The notes below the pieces were generated by a model that worked only from the letters and a program-made list of their open reading frames with translations, searched no databases and was not told where the DNA came from. From Selaginella moellendorffii (taxonomy: Eukaryota > Plantae > Lycopodiophyta), in assembly GCF_000143415.4 (NCBI RefSeq), contig NW_003314269.1:7341-71340 (forward strand): DNA of 64,000 nt, written 5' to 3'. Both the position numbers and the translations under genes were made by a program. Positions 22,897-37,717 of this stretch are shown here, one piece after another; position 1 is the first letter of the stretch; the number at the start of each line of letters is the position of its first letter.

Positions 22897-24159
22897 ATGG
22901 ACCAGGAAGAGCTAGTTCCTTTTGGAAGCCCCTCGCTCTGTTTCTACTCGGAGGAGGTAGCGATCGATTGCGAGGATCAGGACGAGAAGACGCTCCTGGA
23001 AGTGGACAGCTTCGTGTCATCGTCTCTGGTGCTGGGCGAGGCCGATCAGGCCGAGGATTCGCACATCCAGCCATCGCCCACATCCCAGCTCGCGGATTCC
23101 CCCATTGGGTCGGCCAGATCGGGCGGGATCTCCAGCGATTCGGGCAGGAAGAGCATCCGGATCGCGCAGAAGCTCCGCGATCGTGTCGGCTCGGATCGAT
23201 TCCGCGAGGCGATTGGGGGCGTCTTTAGCCAGGAGGCCGCCAGCGGCAACAAGAGCGCTCTTCGGCTGATGACACACATTTCTTCCTCCTCGCCTTCCTC
23301 TTCTCCATCCTCGGCGGTCCTCTCCCCGGATTCTTCCAGCGATTCCACCAATATCCTCCCCGGGAAGAAGAAGCGGCCTGCGCTCCTCCCGCTCGATCTC
23401 TCCTTCGCCGCTGCCTCCAATCGCAGCAGCAGCATCCACAGCCCCTGGGGGATCTCCAAGAGAGTGTGTAGCACGCCGCCCCCTTCTACTTCCTCTTGCT
23501 CCTCCACCTCGGCCCCCATCGCCGCGGCCATGGCGATGGCTTCCAGCCCAGTGCTCGGCGGCCTCTCGGATTTCAACGAGAACGACTCCGAGGACATGAT
23601 TCTCTACGGGCTGCTCAAGGAGGCCGCGCGGACTGGATGGCAGCCGCTCACGCCCAAGCAAAGGAAAGAGCCCGAGCTCGCCGACGCCGCCAAGCCCGAG
23701 ATCGTGACGCCCATGCCGCCGGCAGTAGCGGTAGTACACCGCGCAGCACAGCTACCACAGTGCGTTGCCAACCGCGCGGCACCCACGGTACACTACGCAG
23801 CACAGCCGGCACATTGCGCGATACCGCTGCTGACACAGTCCGAGACGCGCGGTACTGCGGCAATGCCGGCGGCTTCTTTACAAAGGCAGCACTACCGCGG
23901 GGTGAGGCAGAGGCCGTGGGGGAAGTTTGCGGCGGAGATTAGAGACTCGATGCGGCAAGGCGCACGGATCTGGCTGGGGACGTTTGATACCGCCGAGCAG
24001 GCTGCTCGGGCCTACGATCGAGCGGCGTTTAAGATGAGGGGCGCGCGAGCTCTTCTCAATTTTCCACTCCAGCCGCAGCAGCAGCACCACCAAATTCACC
24101 AGAGTGGCCAAAGTCAAAACCAGCAAGAGCCCGAGAACAAGAGACCGAGATCGAATTGA
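22897..24159 (+). CDS. AP2/ERF transcription factor (group IX-like), intronless
   Basis: [20 protein letters not shown]...[32 protein letters not shown]; [17 protein letters not shown] motif. Confidence 0.95.
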   Translation: MDQEELVPFGSPSLCFYSEEVAIDCEDQDEKTLLEVDSFVSSSLVLGEADQAEDSHIQPSPTSQLADSPIGSARSGGISSDSGRKSIRIAQKLRDRVGSDRFREAIGGVFSQEAASGNKSALRLMTHISSSSPSSSPSSAVLSPDSSSDSTNILPGKKKRPALLPLDLSFAAASNRSSSIHSPWGISKRVCSTPPPSTSSCSSTSAPIAAAMAMASSPVLGGLSDFNENDSEDMILYGLLKEAARTGWQPLTPKQRKEPELADAAKPEIVTPMPPAVAVVHRAAQLPQCVANRAAPTVHYAAQPAHCAIPLLTQSETRGTAAMPAASLQRQHYRGVRQRPWGKFAAEIRDSMRQGARIWLGTFDTAEQAARAYDRAAFKMRGARALLNFPLQPQQQHHQIHQSGQSQNQQEPENKRPRSN

Positions 24160-24344
24160 TGATATACCATTTTTCTTCTAGCGTTTTGATTGACGTCGTC
24201 TGATCCGTAGTCAGACAGAGAGAGGAAGCGGCCAAAGATCGTGATTGATAAAGATTGCGCTTTTGACTCCTATTTTCTCAGTCTCACTCGTCCCTGCGAG
24301 GAAGAATCCAGCTATAATGGCGAGGAAAAAGAAAAGCGAGTACT

Positions 24345-25293
24345 CTACCTTGCAGCAGGATTGTCCGCAAGATTGTTCTTGTGTTTATGGACGATCGCTT
24401 TGTCATGCTGCGTTCTATGTGGATATTGGGTGTAAAGTAGTAAAGCCTGGAAACAGAGAGAACGTAAAAATTCGTAAGACTTTTTTATGTTCTTTGAACA
24501 TTTCGACTCTGATTGACTTGCCTTGATGTAGTTTTTCGCGTCTAGCGTGAACCTGTGAGACATACCCGCGGGAAGAACGATCATATCCCCTTTGCCAACA
24601 GCAAACCGGATCCATTTGCCATCAAAGTCTCGAATATCCCAATAACCTGAAGAAGCAGACAAAATAGGTAGAATTTGAATCTAGAAAGAAAAGAAATTGA
24701 GAAAACTGTACCACTCCCATCCAAGATGAACCTCACTTCCTCCTGTGAATGCGTGTGTTCCTTGAAGAAGCCTTGGACTTTAGCATCGAAATCCTCCGTA
24801 CTTTCACGACAGAGAGTGAGCACCTCCTGGACCACAAGCAAGTTTCCCTGTCAACTTTAAACACAATCCGAAAACCCTCCAATCTCACTCACCGAGTAGA
24901 GATAGCCGCGTTCACTTCGAATCTGTTCCAGCAGAGAAGTGGCTTCAAGGTCGAGCTTCCAAGTCAAGACGCCAAGCTCTGCAAGTGCATTTGGAGCTAC
25001 ACGTTAAGCAAAAAACAGTCTAGCTAGAGAGCAGAACAAGCGGGTACCATGGAGGTGCGCGAGTGGGACTGGGCAATTTGGAACGCGTCTGTGTGGAAGC
25101 CTCGGATCATCCCCCTCGTCCAGCATGCTCGGACTGTACTCCCATGCTTCCACTCCTGTCTGCCAAGCATGCAAAAGGCAGGCAGCCACGATCAGTCTCG
25201 GCTAAGGAGAATCAAGCTATACTAACTCTACTAAGAAGGAATCATCTTGCGTCATCTCCCACATACCTCGGAGTGAACACTTGCTGCTGCCAT
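24345..25293 (-). CDS. ARD: Acireductone dioxygenase (methionine salvage), multi-exon
   Basis: VEAW...[33 protein letters not shown] and [25 protein letters not shown]; H-x-H, E and H metal ligands present. Confidence 0.9.
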
Positions 25294-25468
25294 GGACTGA
25301 AGTTGAGTGAAGGAGAAGTAGAGAGCTGGACGTCTTTTATACCGGGAACTCGCGTGGCATTCAGGCATAGTGTGCATGAATTTCGAATCCATACATGAAC
25401 GATGGTGTCAAGGTACCACCTCGCAGAAGGGATGACACCGGAGGACCCTCTTGGTCTACAAGTGGCAC

Positions 25469-25524
25469 GGTTTGTTAGTGCAACTTGAAGATAGAAACTG
25501 TTCTTCAAGTTGCACTAACAAACC
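25469..25524. repeat. Perfect 23-bp inverted repeat, 10-nt loop
   Basis: ggtttgttagtgcaacttgaaga / tcttcaagttgcactaacaaacc. Confidence 0.95.
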
Positions 25525-25625
25525 CTTGAAAGCAGCGGTGTTGCTACATTAGCTGAAATAGCTCAAAAGTAAGAAAAACTGTTTCAAAGTGATGGAGAAT
25601 GATCAAAGCTTTTCCTATGATACCT

Positions 25626-26618
25626 CTACCAACAACCGGGATCTTTAATGAAGTCAAACTCCGTAGTGTGCAGCGAGTGAGGCGGCGGCTTCAATCCGCT
25701 GGACTTCCATCTTCGCAGCATCGCATCTTCGAACCTCCGGACCTAAGGTAGCAAAGACATAATTTGCCTAAACTCACGACGAATGTATGACTCACTCTGG
25801 TCACGATGAAAGGCTCGCCTTTGAGCGTGAGAGGCTCTGTAGAAATCGTGAGCAGTCCATTCTTGTTGCCATACACGACGTCGGTAAGGTGGCGATCTCC
25901 TACCTGTGACAGAGAAAGCTAAGGACAAGAAATGGATAACAGGCAAGAGTACCTACCATAACGAGAAGTGACGCATCGCATCCAAATCTCTTCTTGAGAG
26001 CATCAGCATTTCCAGCCGGTTTCTTAGAGCCTACATTAGGAAAATAACGTTAGGAAGTGAACCAAGAAAACTCGTTTTGTTTTCCAAACGCTCACCATGC
26101 CTGATCACGGAAATTCCAAGTGACTCCTCTAGTGCGTCAGCCTCAACTCCCGCGGGATCAAACTGGTACAGTCCTGCTCTGCAAGAAGTTTTTTAACAAA
26201 ACTAAATCAGATTTAAGAAAAAAAACTCTTTGCTCGACACTTAACCTGCGCTGTTGCTGAGAAGTGCCACATTCTCCCCAAAGCACTTCCGACATTCTTC
26301 CAAGGACTCGCCCAGCGTCGGCCACACGGTCGCCACATACGGGGCCGTGAGCGTATTATCCTTGTCAAACACCACACCGGCAAATCCCCGCTCCTTGAGC
26401 GCCCTCCAGTCAATCCAGCTGATATCCGGCACATGAACATGCGGCAGCATTAAGCTCCGGTCGCGCAGCAGCACGGGGGCAGCCGATCCAATCCCCGCCG
26501 CATTAAACCTCTGCCCGAGCTTCGCGATCATCGAGTGGCGCGGCGCAGAGAGATCGGCGCTACAGCAGCACACAGACCTGGAGATCACAGCCGGCGCGCC
26601 CGCCCCGCCCAAGCTCAT
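25626..26618 (-). CDS. PGPP1: Phosphatidylglycerophosphate phosphatase (HAD IIIA, YqeG/PGPP1-like), 5 exons
   Basis: GVVFDKDNTLTAPY, LSNSAG, SKKP and VGDRHLTDVVYGN motifs; transit-peptide-like N-terminus. Confidence 0.88.
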
Positions 26619-26848
26619 CTCATCTCGCCCTAAAACGAGAGAGCGCCAAACCCTACAAAGATTTTTGAAAAAGTGAACACATTTAATCCAGCGGTTGCGA
26701 TTGGCTGGTCCAGATGGACGGCAGCGATGTGGCCGGGAAGGGGGAACGAAAATCCCCGTCCCCGGGCAGTGGAAGTGGCCGTTTTGTTTTTTTAGGTCTT
26801 TTTTTTGCGGCCATCTATCTTGCCAATTGGGAGGCTGGGGAGGGAAGG

Positions 26849-28440
26849 ATGGGTTCTTTCGAGCCCGCCCAGAAGAAGGCGCGCTCGGATGTGGATCTTT
26901 CCTCGCTCTCCTTCCAAATTCACCACCAATCCCCGCCGCAGCCATCGTCGATCGCGCAGCAGCAGCAAACTTCGCCGATCACGCAGACCGTCCAGCAGCA
27001 GCAGCAGCAACAATGCCAGCAGCAAAACGGGGATTTCGAGTGCCGGCGATACACAACGCCAGAGGGATGCCCCTATGGCAGCAAATGCCGATTCAAGCAC
27101 GGGCCATTTGGTTGGAATTTCTCTCCATTCTCTCCTCCCTTGTCTAATTCTCTCTAATTTCTTCCATCTCTTTGAGTTTCTTCTCTACAGCATTTTTATC
27201 CACCAGTTTCTCTTCCAATTCTCTTCTCTTCCATTTTCCTTTGTTTTTCTGAGTGTTCTTCCTGTGATTCTTGTCACAAACGGAGGCTCTTGGCATTCCC
27301 TAAAACTGTGTACGGAATTGCAGATGACCGGGATTTGACGCAGCAGACCTCAGCACTGGGGAGCAAGACGAAACCATGTACGAAATTCTTCAGGTCAATT
27401 CACCCTAGAGCTAAGATCTCCTGATCTCCTCCAAACTTCACCACCTTTTTTTTTCCTTTTGCTCTTCGCGATTTCTTCCTTTTGCTAAGCACCACCCTTG
27501 CAGAAAGAACAAAACCAACGTGAATCCAACGCATTTCTTCCTCCATTTGTGCAGTACCTCTGGATGCCCGTACGGCGAAGGCTGCCACTTCCTCCACTAC
27601 GTCCCCGGCGGCATCAACTCCCTCCAGGTCCAGGCAGCCAACGGCACCGCGGCGCTCTCCTCCGCCGCCCCGGGCGGCGCGCCAGGAACAGCCGGATCGA
27701 CCGCCGCCAGCCCAGCATCCACCACTCCTGGCGGCGGAGTAGCGGCAGTAACAGCGGCGGCGGCGGTGGTCCCCGACCCCTCCCAGACCGTCAATGGCTA
27801 CAAGACCCGCCTGTGCAACCGCTATAACACGCCAGAGGGCTGCCGGTTTGGCGAGAAGTGCCACTTTGCGCATGGCGAGGCCGACCTCCGCCCCTCCAAT
27901 CCCCGCCCCTCGCCCGCCACTGTCATCCACCTCCAGAACGGTGCCACCGCCGGAATAGGGGGCGCCGCCGCGCTCATCAACGGCACCACCGTCTTCTCCA
28001 GCAACCCGGTGGCCACCTCGGTGTACTACGGCGAGCCGACGCCACCCGGCGTCCCCGCCGCCACCACCTTTGGCAGCATCTCGGTCACCCGGATGAGCAT
28101 CGAGGCGGCATACGCGGGGGCCATCATCGGCAAGGCCGGCGCCAACGTGAAGCAGATCAGCAAGGTGACGGGCTGCAAGGTGTCCATCCGCGACCACGAG
28201 ACCGACCCCAACATGAGGAACGTCGAGATGGAGGGGTCGCTGGAGCAGATCGAGAGCGCGAGCGAGATGGTGCGGCAGCTGCTCCAGACGAGAGAGGTGG
28301 CGCCGCCGCGGGGGCCAGCGCTGGGGTCGCACAACTTCAAGACCAAGCTGTGCGAGAACTACTCGTCCGGGACGTGCACGTTTGCAGAGCGGTGTCACTT
28401 TGCGCACGGCACGCAGGAGCTCCGGCCTATCATCAGATGA
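26849..28440 (+). CDS. CCCH zinc finger + KH domain RNA-binding protein (KHZ-like); exons 26849-27110, 27324-27393, 27555-28440
   Basis: Four C-x7/8-C-x5-C-x3-H fingers and KH motif AGAIIGKAGANVKQI. Start may instead be at 26714. Confidence 0.9.
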
Positions 28441-28852
28441 TCGTCAGTTCCTGGGGTGAAATCACTCGACTGCTACTGCTACCACCACGACTCGCAGCAG
28501 CGATTTTTCATCCAGACAACAACACACAAAACACACAGGTACATACATATACATTACTTATACTATACAGTTCGAACAGGAGAACAACGAATCCAACACA
28601 TACACACCACACAAACGCACAGACAGCCATGATCGATATGGTTTTACTGAACAGCACAAACAACACAAGAAAGAAAGAACACACACACAAACACATACAC
28701 GCACAGAGGGATCATACACACACAACTGACTGAAAGATTTTTTGGAACGTGTAAACATATATAAAACACCCAGTCTTCTAATGAACCGATTACTTACACT
28801 TTTGACTACCTCGAATTGAAGAGCTTCTGGCCGTCGGATCGGATAGAGAGGG

Positions 28853-29657
28853 ATGAGGGGAGCGGAGCTCGCGTTACTCGGTCCATTGCGCCTGTCAGGT
28901 AAGCTGTGCTTCAATACAACTAGAAAGAAGCGAAGAACTTGGAAAGTCAGACCTGTTCGTGGCCTCTGGAACTTCTTCGGAGGTAGAGAAGAGGCCACGG
29001 ATTCTATCTCATTTTCGAAACAGTCTGGCTACCACGAATTGGAGCTCCCTTCGTTTCTGCCACTGCTCGTCCAAGACACCTTCCTTGCAGGTCTGTTGCT
29101 TTCGAACTTGACGTTGAAACATTCTCTCTTCTTGTGTAGATAAAGAGCTCAAGTGCTGCTACAAGGCATCTCTGGACGGCTTCAGTGCGTACAAGTTCCA
29201 CGGCTGCACTGACTTCAAAGGTCCCTGCGTCGTTCTAGGCGTCACTCGAGGCGGACTTCGTTTCGGTGGATTTAATCCTCTCGGATTCCGGAGCACTGAT
29301 GACTACTACGACACCTTCAAAGCCTTCCTGTTCTACTGCCCTCAAGGAGATTCACCACCTGTTATTCTTCCCAAAGTCGGAGGCTCGGGAGCTGCAATAT
29401 TCGACTATGCTCGAGGAGGGCCGCAGTTTGGAGCTGATGGACTTTTGATCGGGCCTCCACTAGTTCCTGTTATGGGTGGCCTTTCTGGACCTGATCCAAA
29501 CAAAGGTGAAGGCGATCTCAGCCAAGCAAAGTCGAGACTAGGACTTTCGTATGCATGCAGACCTGATGGAAAGGATTCGATTTTCGGTGACGATAAGAAG
29601 GCCACGGTTGTCGAAATAGAAGTTTTCACTTGTCCAGCAATACGTGATATGTACTAG
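28853..29657 (+). CDS. TLDc-domain protein, probably plastid-targeted; exons 28853-29090, 29140-29657
   Basis: CCYKASLDGFSAYKFHGCTDFKGPCV, FGGFNPLGFRSTDDYYDTF and IFDYARGGPQFGADGL. Confidence 0.85.
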
Positions 29658-29824
29658 GTAGACTATACTGCAAAGCGAGGAGTTACAAAGGGATTTTAAA
29701 GAAAAAACTTACCGAAACGCATTTCAACGTAGTAAGGGAGACAGGCTCTTTGATCAAACGTTACCATGTGTATAAATGTCTCAATGTACAAAGGTTCTGA
29801 ACTCTATAATTCTGAGTGCTGCTA

Positions 29825-32198
<2,374 letters not shown>

Positions 32199-32557
32199 CT
32201 GTGATCGACAAGAGAGAATCAAAGAAAGTGCTAGCGGAGGAGTTTTAAAGAGGGAAGAGGATGATCGAACCTAGTCGCATTGCCAAAGACAGGGAATCAC
32301 CACGCAATCCGCGAGTGAGCTGTGGAATCCCGACGCTTGCCCAGGCAATGCCCGCCCGGGCGCAACACATTGCTCTCTTTCCCTGTCATACAAGAATCGC
32401 GCCCTAGCGCGAATCCAAATCTGCGGTCCACACCACCGAATCAAGGGCTGAAATTTCACCAGCCGCTGCGACATCCAACGGCTCACACTGAAAATGTGAC
32501 ATCGATTTTGAGCGCCAAGGTTCAAATTAAATGTTTCCTAAAGGCCACAGAGTTAAC

Positions 32558-32599
32558 GCTCTTAACCGTATGGTCGGGGGTTCGAGTCCCCGGGCGGCG
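32558..32599 (+). pseudogene. 3' half of a tRNA-Lys-like sequence
   Basis: gCTCTTAAccgtatggtcGGGGGTTCGAGTCCCCgggcggcg; D-arm and 5' acceptor strand absent. Confidence 0.45.
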
Positions 32600-33651
32600 T
32601 GACGCCAGTCGAAGTCAAGATTTTTCTGGTCGAGTCTAGTCTGGACGGCGTTGACTGGGGCCCATTGGAGGGAGTGTGCTCGTCGCTATCATTTTGGCCA
32701 CCCCAATACATAGTTACGTTGTTTGGTGTGTTGCGGGGATTTGTCTAAGATTGCGCTGTGAATGTGCCACTGCCACAGCTTTGTCTAGAGAAAGTGGCAA
32801 ACTTCTTTGGACGCTCCTTTAGTGTTGTTTGACCTTCCAAAGGCGTTGGATTGGTTTGGTGCTATAGTGACAGGGCCATCAACTAGTAAAGGTCAGTGAA
32901 AGTACCCCCCCACTTTTGTTGGCTACCTTGGCTTGGAATTATAGGCTTTACGCTAATCTATAATCCCTCCACTTATAGGCTTTAGTCGTTTTTATAATCC
33001 CTCCATCGATTTAAGCACGCGCTTTGAAAGTCTTGCAAGTTTATCGATGAAAATGTGAAAACAATGGAAGGATCCAACTGTGTTGTTCCATCAATCTCGT
33101 AAACCGGCCTAACTCGGCTGTCTGGCACGATAAAGCTTGTTTAATCTGGTCAAAAGAGATGGCTAAATAGTTCTCCTTTGTTTCCATTATCTTCTCCAGC
33201 GCTTGTTTCGTGGCAACTTCTTTAGCTTTTCCTTCTAGTGTTTGTAGATCACGTTAAGAATCATGGATGGATGGCTTCTAGAAAAAATGGAGGCTTCCAC
33301 CAAATAAAAATGTGATCCACTAAGTTATATCGTAGAATTGCACAAGACCCCAACACACGCACGGCACTAGCCAGCTACCAATGCTTTGTAAAAAGTAATA
33401 AACTGGATTCCTTTTCACCTTTTACCGGGAGGAGGTGAGAAAAGTCCCCCCTTCTCTTGGTTTGAGACGAGTCCTGTCCAAAGAAGAGGGCAAAATATCA
33501 CTAGCAATCGCTACCCGGATTCTTAGGGTTCTTCCAGCAAGCAATGGAATCATCAGCGATCGGGCGCTAGCTCCAGCTAGCACGAGGAGGATCGCACAGG
33601 TACTTGTCTGGTTGGCACTCTGTTCTTGCGAGATCCGCAAGAACGAGGAGA

Positions 33652-36600
33652 ATGGGGGGATTTCCGGGCGAGAAATCTCCGATATTTGGCCGATTCCAGC
33701 TGCTGCTGCTCGCGCTCGCTGCCGTGAGCTACATTTCCACTCCCGCTGCATTTGCTCAGGAGGTCGCCATTCTCATCCGGTTCAAGCAAAATCTCGAGAA
33801 GCAGGCGCAGGGGGAGCTCCCGGATTTGTTCCAGAGCTGGAAGAGCACTGATTCGAGCCCATGCAAGTGGGAGGGGATCAGCTGCGACTCGAAATCCGGG
33901 CTCGTCACTGAGATCAACCTGGCGGATTTGCAAATCGACGCGGGAGAAGGGGTTCCACCGGTGGTTTGCGAGCTCCCGAGCTTAGAGTCGCTCAACCTTG
34001 GAAACAATGAGATTGGCGGCGGTTTTCCACAGCACCTCTTCCAGTGCTCCAGCTTGAAGTCACTCAACCTCAGCATGAATCTCTTCGTGGGGCTTCTTCC
34101 AAACAACATCTCGGCGCTCACCAAGCTCGAGAACCTGGACCTCTGCGGGAACAACTTCACCGGAGAGATTCCGCCAGGATTTGGAAGGCTGCCCAGTCTC
34201 CTGGAGCTCAATCTCACCAACAATCTGCTCAACGGGACCGTGCCAGGATTTCTCGGTCAGCTCTCCAACTTGCAGAGGTTGGATCTCGCTTACAACCCCA
34301 TGGCCGAGGGTCCTATTCCCGAGGAGCTGGGAAGATTGACGAAGCTCAGGAACCTCATTCTCACCAAGATCAACTTGGTCGGAAAAATCCCGGAATCACT
34401 TGGGAATCTCGTGGAGCTGGAGGAGATACTGGACTTATCGTGGAATGGCTTGAGTGGCAGCTTACCGGCGTCGCTGTTCAATCTCCACAAGCTCAAGTTG
34501 CTCGAGCTTTACGACAACCAGCTCGAGGGGGAGATTCCAGCCAACATCTTCAACTTGACATCCATCACCGACATCGACATATCGAACAACAGGCTTACCG
34601 GGAGCATTCCTTCGGGCATCACGCAGCTAAAGAGCTTGAGGCTGCTGCATCTCTGGCAGAACGAGCTCACGGGTGCCATCCCCGAGGGGATTCAAGACTT
34701 GGGGGACTTTTTCGAGCTCAGGCTGTTCAAGAACAACTTCACCGGCCGGATACCGCAGAAGCTCGGCTCAAATGGAAAGTTGGAGGTGTTCGACGTCTCC
34801 AACAACATGCTCGAAGGTCCGATTCCACCCGAGTTGTGCAAGTCCAAACGCTTGGTCGAACTTATTCTCTTCAACAACGGCATCACAGGCGGGATACCGG
34901 ACTCCTATGGCTCCTGCCCGAGTGTAGAGCGTATCCTGATGAACAACAACAAGCTCAACGGTAGCATACCACCCGGTATATGGAACACGGAGCACGCCTA
35001 CATCGTGGACTTGTCCGAGAACGAGCTCTCCGGTTCCATCTCCTCGGAAATCTCCAAGGCTTCCAATCTCACCACACTCAACCTCTATGGAAACAAGCTA
35101 TCGGGTCCTCTGCCACCAGAGCTCGGCGACATTCCTGACCTCACAAGACTGCAGCTCTACGGCAACATGTTCGAGGGAGAGCTTCCTTCCCAGCTTGGCC
35201 AGCTTTCCAGACTTAACGTCCTGTTCGTCCACGACAATAAGCTGGAAGGCCAGATTCCCAAGGCGCTGGGAATGTGCAAGGACCTTGCGCAACTTAACTT
35301 GGCTGGTAACCAACTCACAGGAAGCATTCCAGAGTCGCTGGGTGATATCAGCGGGCTCACCTTGCTCGACCTCTCGAGAAACATGCTTACTGGAGACATA
35401 CCACTGTCCATCGGTGAGATCAAGTTCTCCAGCTTCAACGTCTCGTACAACAGACTCTCTGGACGAGTTCCCGATGGCCTGGCAAACGGTGCGTTCGACT
35501 CGAGCTTCATTGGCAACCCCGAGCTGTGTGCCAGCAGCGGTAGCAGCTTGCTGTCCCTGAGCTCGTGTGGAAGAAACGGAGGAGAGAGCTCGGGTTCAAG
35601 ACATGGACGTGTGGGTCTGCTGGGATACGTGATCGGTGGAACGTTTGCAGCAGCAGCTCTCCTCTTCATCGTCGGCTCTTGGCTGTTTGTCCGGAAGTAC
35701 AGGCAGATGAAGTCGGGTGATAGCAGTAGAAGCTGGAGCATGACCTCGTTCCACAAGCTCCCGTTCAACCACGTGGGAGTGATCGAGAGCCTGGACGAAG
35801 ACAACGTCCTGGGAAGCGGTGGAGCTGGCAAAGTTTACTTGGGCAAGCTGAGCAACGGACAGGCGGTGGCAGTGAAAAAGCTGTGGAGCGCGGCCAAGAA
35901 AGGTGACGACTCCGCGTCCCAGAAGTACGAACGGAGCTTCCAGGCGGAGGTGGAGACGCTGGGCAAGCTCCGGCACAAGAACATCGTCAAGCTCCTCTTT
36001 TGCTACACCTGCGACGACGATAAGTTCCTCGTCTACGACTACATGGAGAACGGCAGCCTCGGCGAGATGCTCCACAGCAAGAAAGCCGGGCGGGGTCTCG
36101 ACTGGCCGGCGAGGCACAGGATCGCGCTGGGAGCTGCCGAGGGGCTGGCTTACCTCCACCACGACTACAAGCCGCAAGTTCTCCACTGCGACGTGAAATC
36201 CAACAACATCCTACTCGACGCGGAGCTTGAGCCTCACGTAGCAGACTTTGGACTGGCGAGGATCATCCAGCAGCACGGGAACGGTGTCTCCATGACGAGC
36301 ATCGCTGGAACTTATGGCTACATTGCTCCTGGTAAGTTTCTCGAGCTCTCGGTAGGTGTTCTAAGCTCGTTTTTGTTCATGGTGCAGAGTATGCTTACAC
36401 TCTCAAGGTGACCGAGAAGAGCGATATCTACAGCTTTGGAGTGGTGCTGCTGGAGCTCGTCACGGGCAAGAGGCCGATCGAGGCGGAGTTTGGCGATGGA
36501 GTGGACATCGTGAGGTGGGTCTGTGACAAGATCCAAGCTCGCAACTCGCTGGCGGAGATCTTCGACTCGAGGATCCCATCGTACTTCCACGAGGACATGA

Positions 36601-36731
36601 TGCTGATGCTCAGAGTTGGGCTGCTTTGCACCAGCGCGCTGCCCGTCCAGAGGCCCGGCATGAAGGAAGTGGTCCAAATGCTCGTGGAGGCGCGGCCAAA
36701 GGAGAAGATCCTCGCCAAGCAAGCAGTGTAA
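33652..36731 (+). CDS. LRR receptor-like kinase, subfamily XI (HAESA/HSL-like); exons 33652-36331, 36388-36731
   Basis: Signal peptide, CKWEGISC cap, ~20 plant LRRs, GNPELC, TM helix, SWSMTSFHKLPF, AEVETLGKLRHKNIVKL, and the typical intron in GYIAP/EY. Confidence 0.93.
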
Positions 36732-37717
36732 GACCATCCATCTCCATCCATCTCCTGGGCAACGCTGCAATGGCACTGCAGCCCAAGAGCAAACTTCCAA
36801 GTGAGCAGAGCTCTAGAGAGTTTTCCTCCATGGCCATCGCAAGAACAAAGAAAGAGTTACTCCAATGTGTTGTTCTCTAGGGTAAGATTTTCTTGCGATC
36901 TAGCTTGGGAAGAGCAGCGGATTTTAAAGCAGAGAAAGCCACTGCCGCTCCAAGCGGTCTAGTTTTGGTAATGCTTGCTTGAGACTATTTCCTTAGCAGT
37001 CGATTGGATCCATGGCATAGCGTCGATCATAAGCTAGTAACAATGCATCCCAAGGCACGGTTTCACGATCTCCTTTGGACGTTATAACTTGCGTCTTTGG
37101 TTGTTGTGTCCTTGTGATCCTCGAATTGGTTTACTGCTCTTGCATTATTATTATTTTGTTTCATATGATTGATTGACAAACTTGAAGCTCATGCCAGAAC
37201 AAAGCTTGACGATTAATCTCAAGGAAATGGCGTTTGGAAGTTTGCTCACAAGATCTCTCACGGTACGTTGTAAACTTCGATTTGCCTCCGCACGATTTCG
37301 TCTTCCTCGACGATAACCAGCGGTTGCGTCTTTGGAATCCGGGTGAAAAACCAACCAGTCGAGGTAAAAACGCTGGAGTTTACTTTCTCTATGTCTATTC
37401 AGGTGATTGCCCAGAGACAATAGATATGCAGTGGCTGAGTTCTTCCAAGGAGAACGAGGCCAATGCGGCCGGTCTTGGAACAGTCCAAACGATGCTTCGT
37501 CCCGCAAAGCTCCAAGGAGCTCCAAGGCAATCATCGGCGTGCCCGAGGCGAAAAACCTCGCTAGAACGATGCGCAAACATTGTTATCGTTCGCAACGAGA
37601 GGTGATCGATCTCTCCACGGTCTTTTATATGTATCTCGTGGTTTCTGTTCCTCTGCCAAGCTATTCACTCACTCACTCTTTCCATTTCGCGTTCTTGCAC
37701 AGGTGGAAGAGAAGAAG

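Noticed and set aside
27400-28407. Long antisense/overlapping ORFs over GC-rich genes (also 15047-15970, 34044-34964, 37838-38560)
   Set aside because: Shadow ORFs from high GC3 codon usage.
37151-37605. Small ORFs upstream of the F-box gene
   Set aside because: No motif; likely 5' UTR exons or uORFs that cannot be resolved without transcripts.
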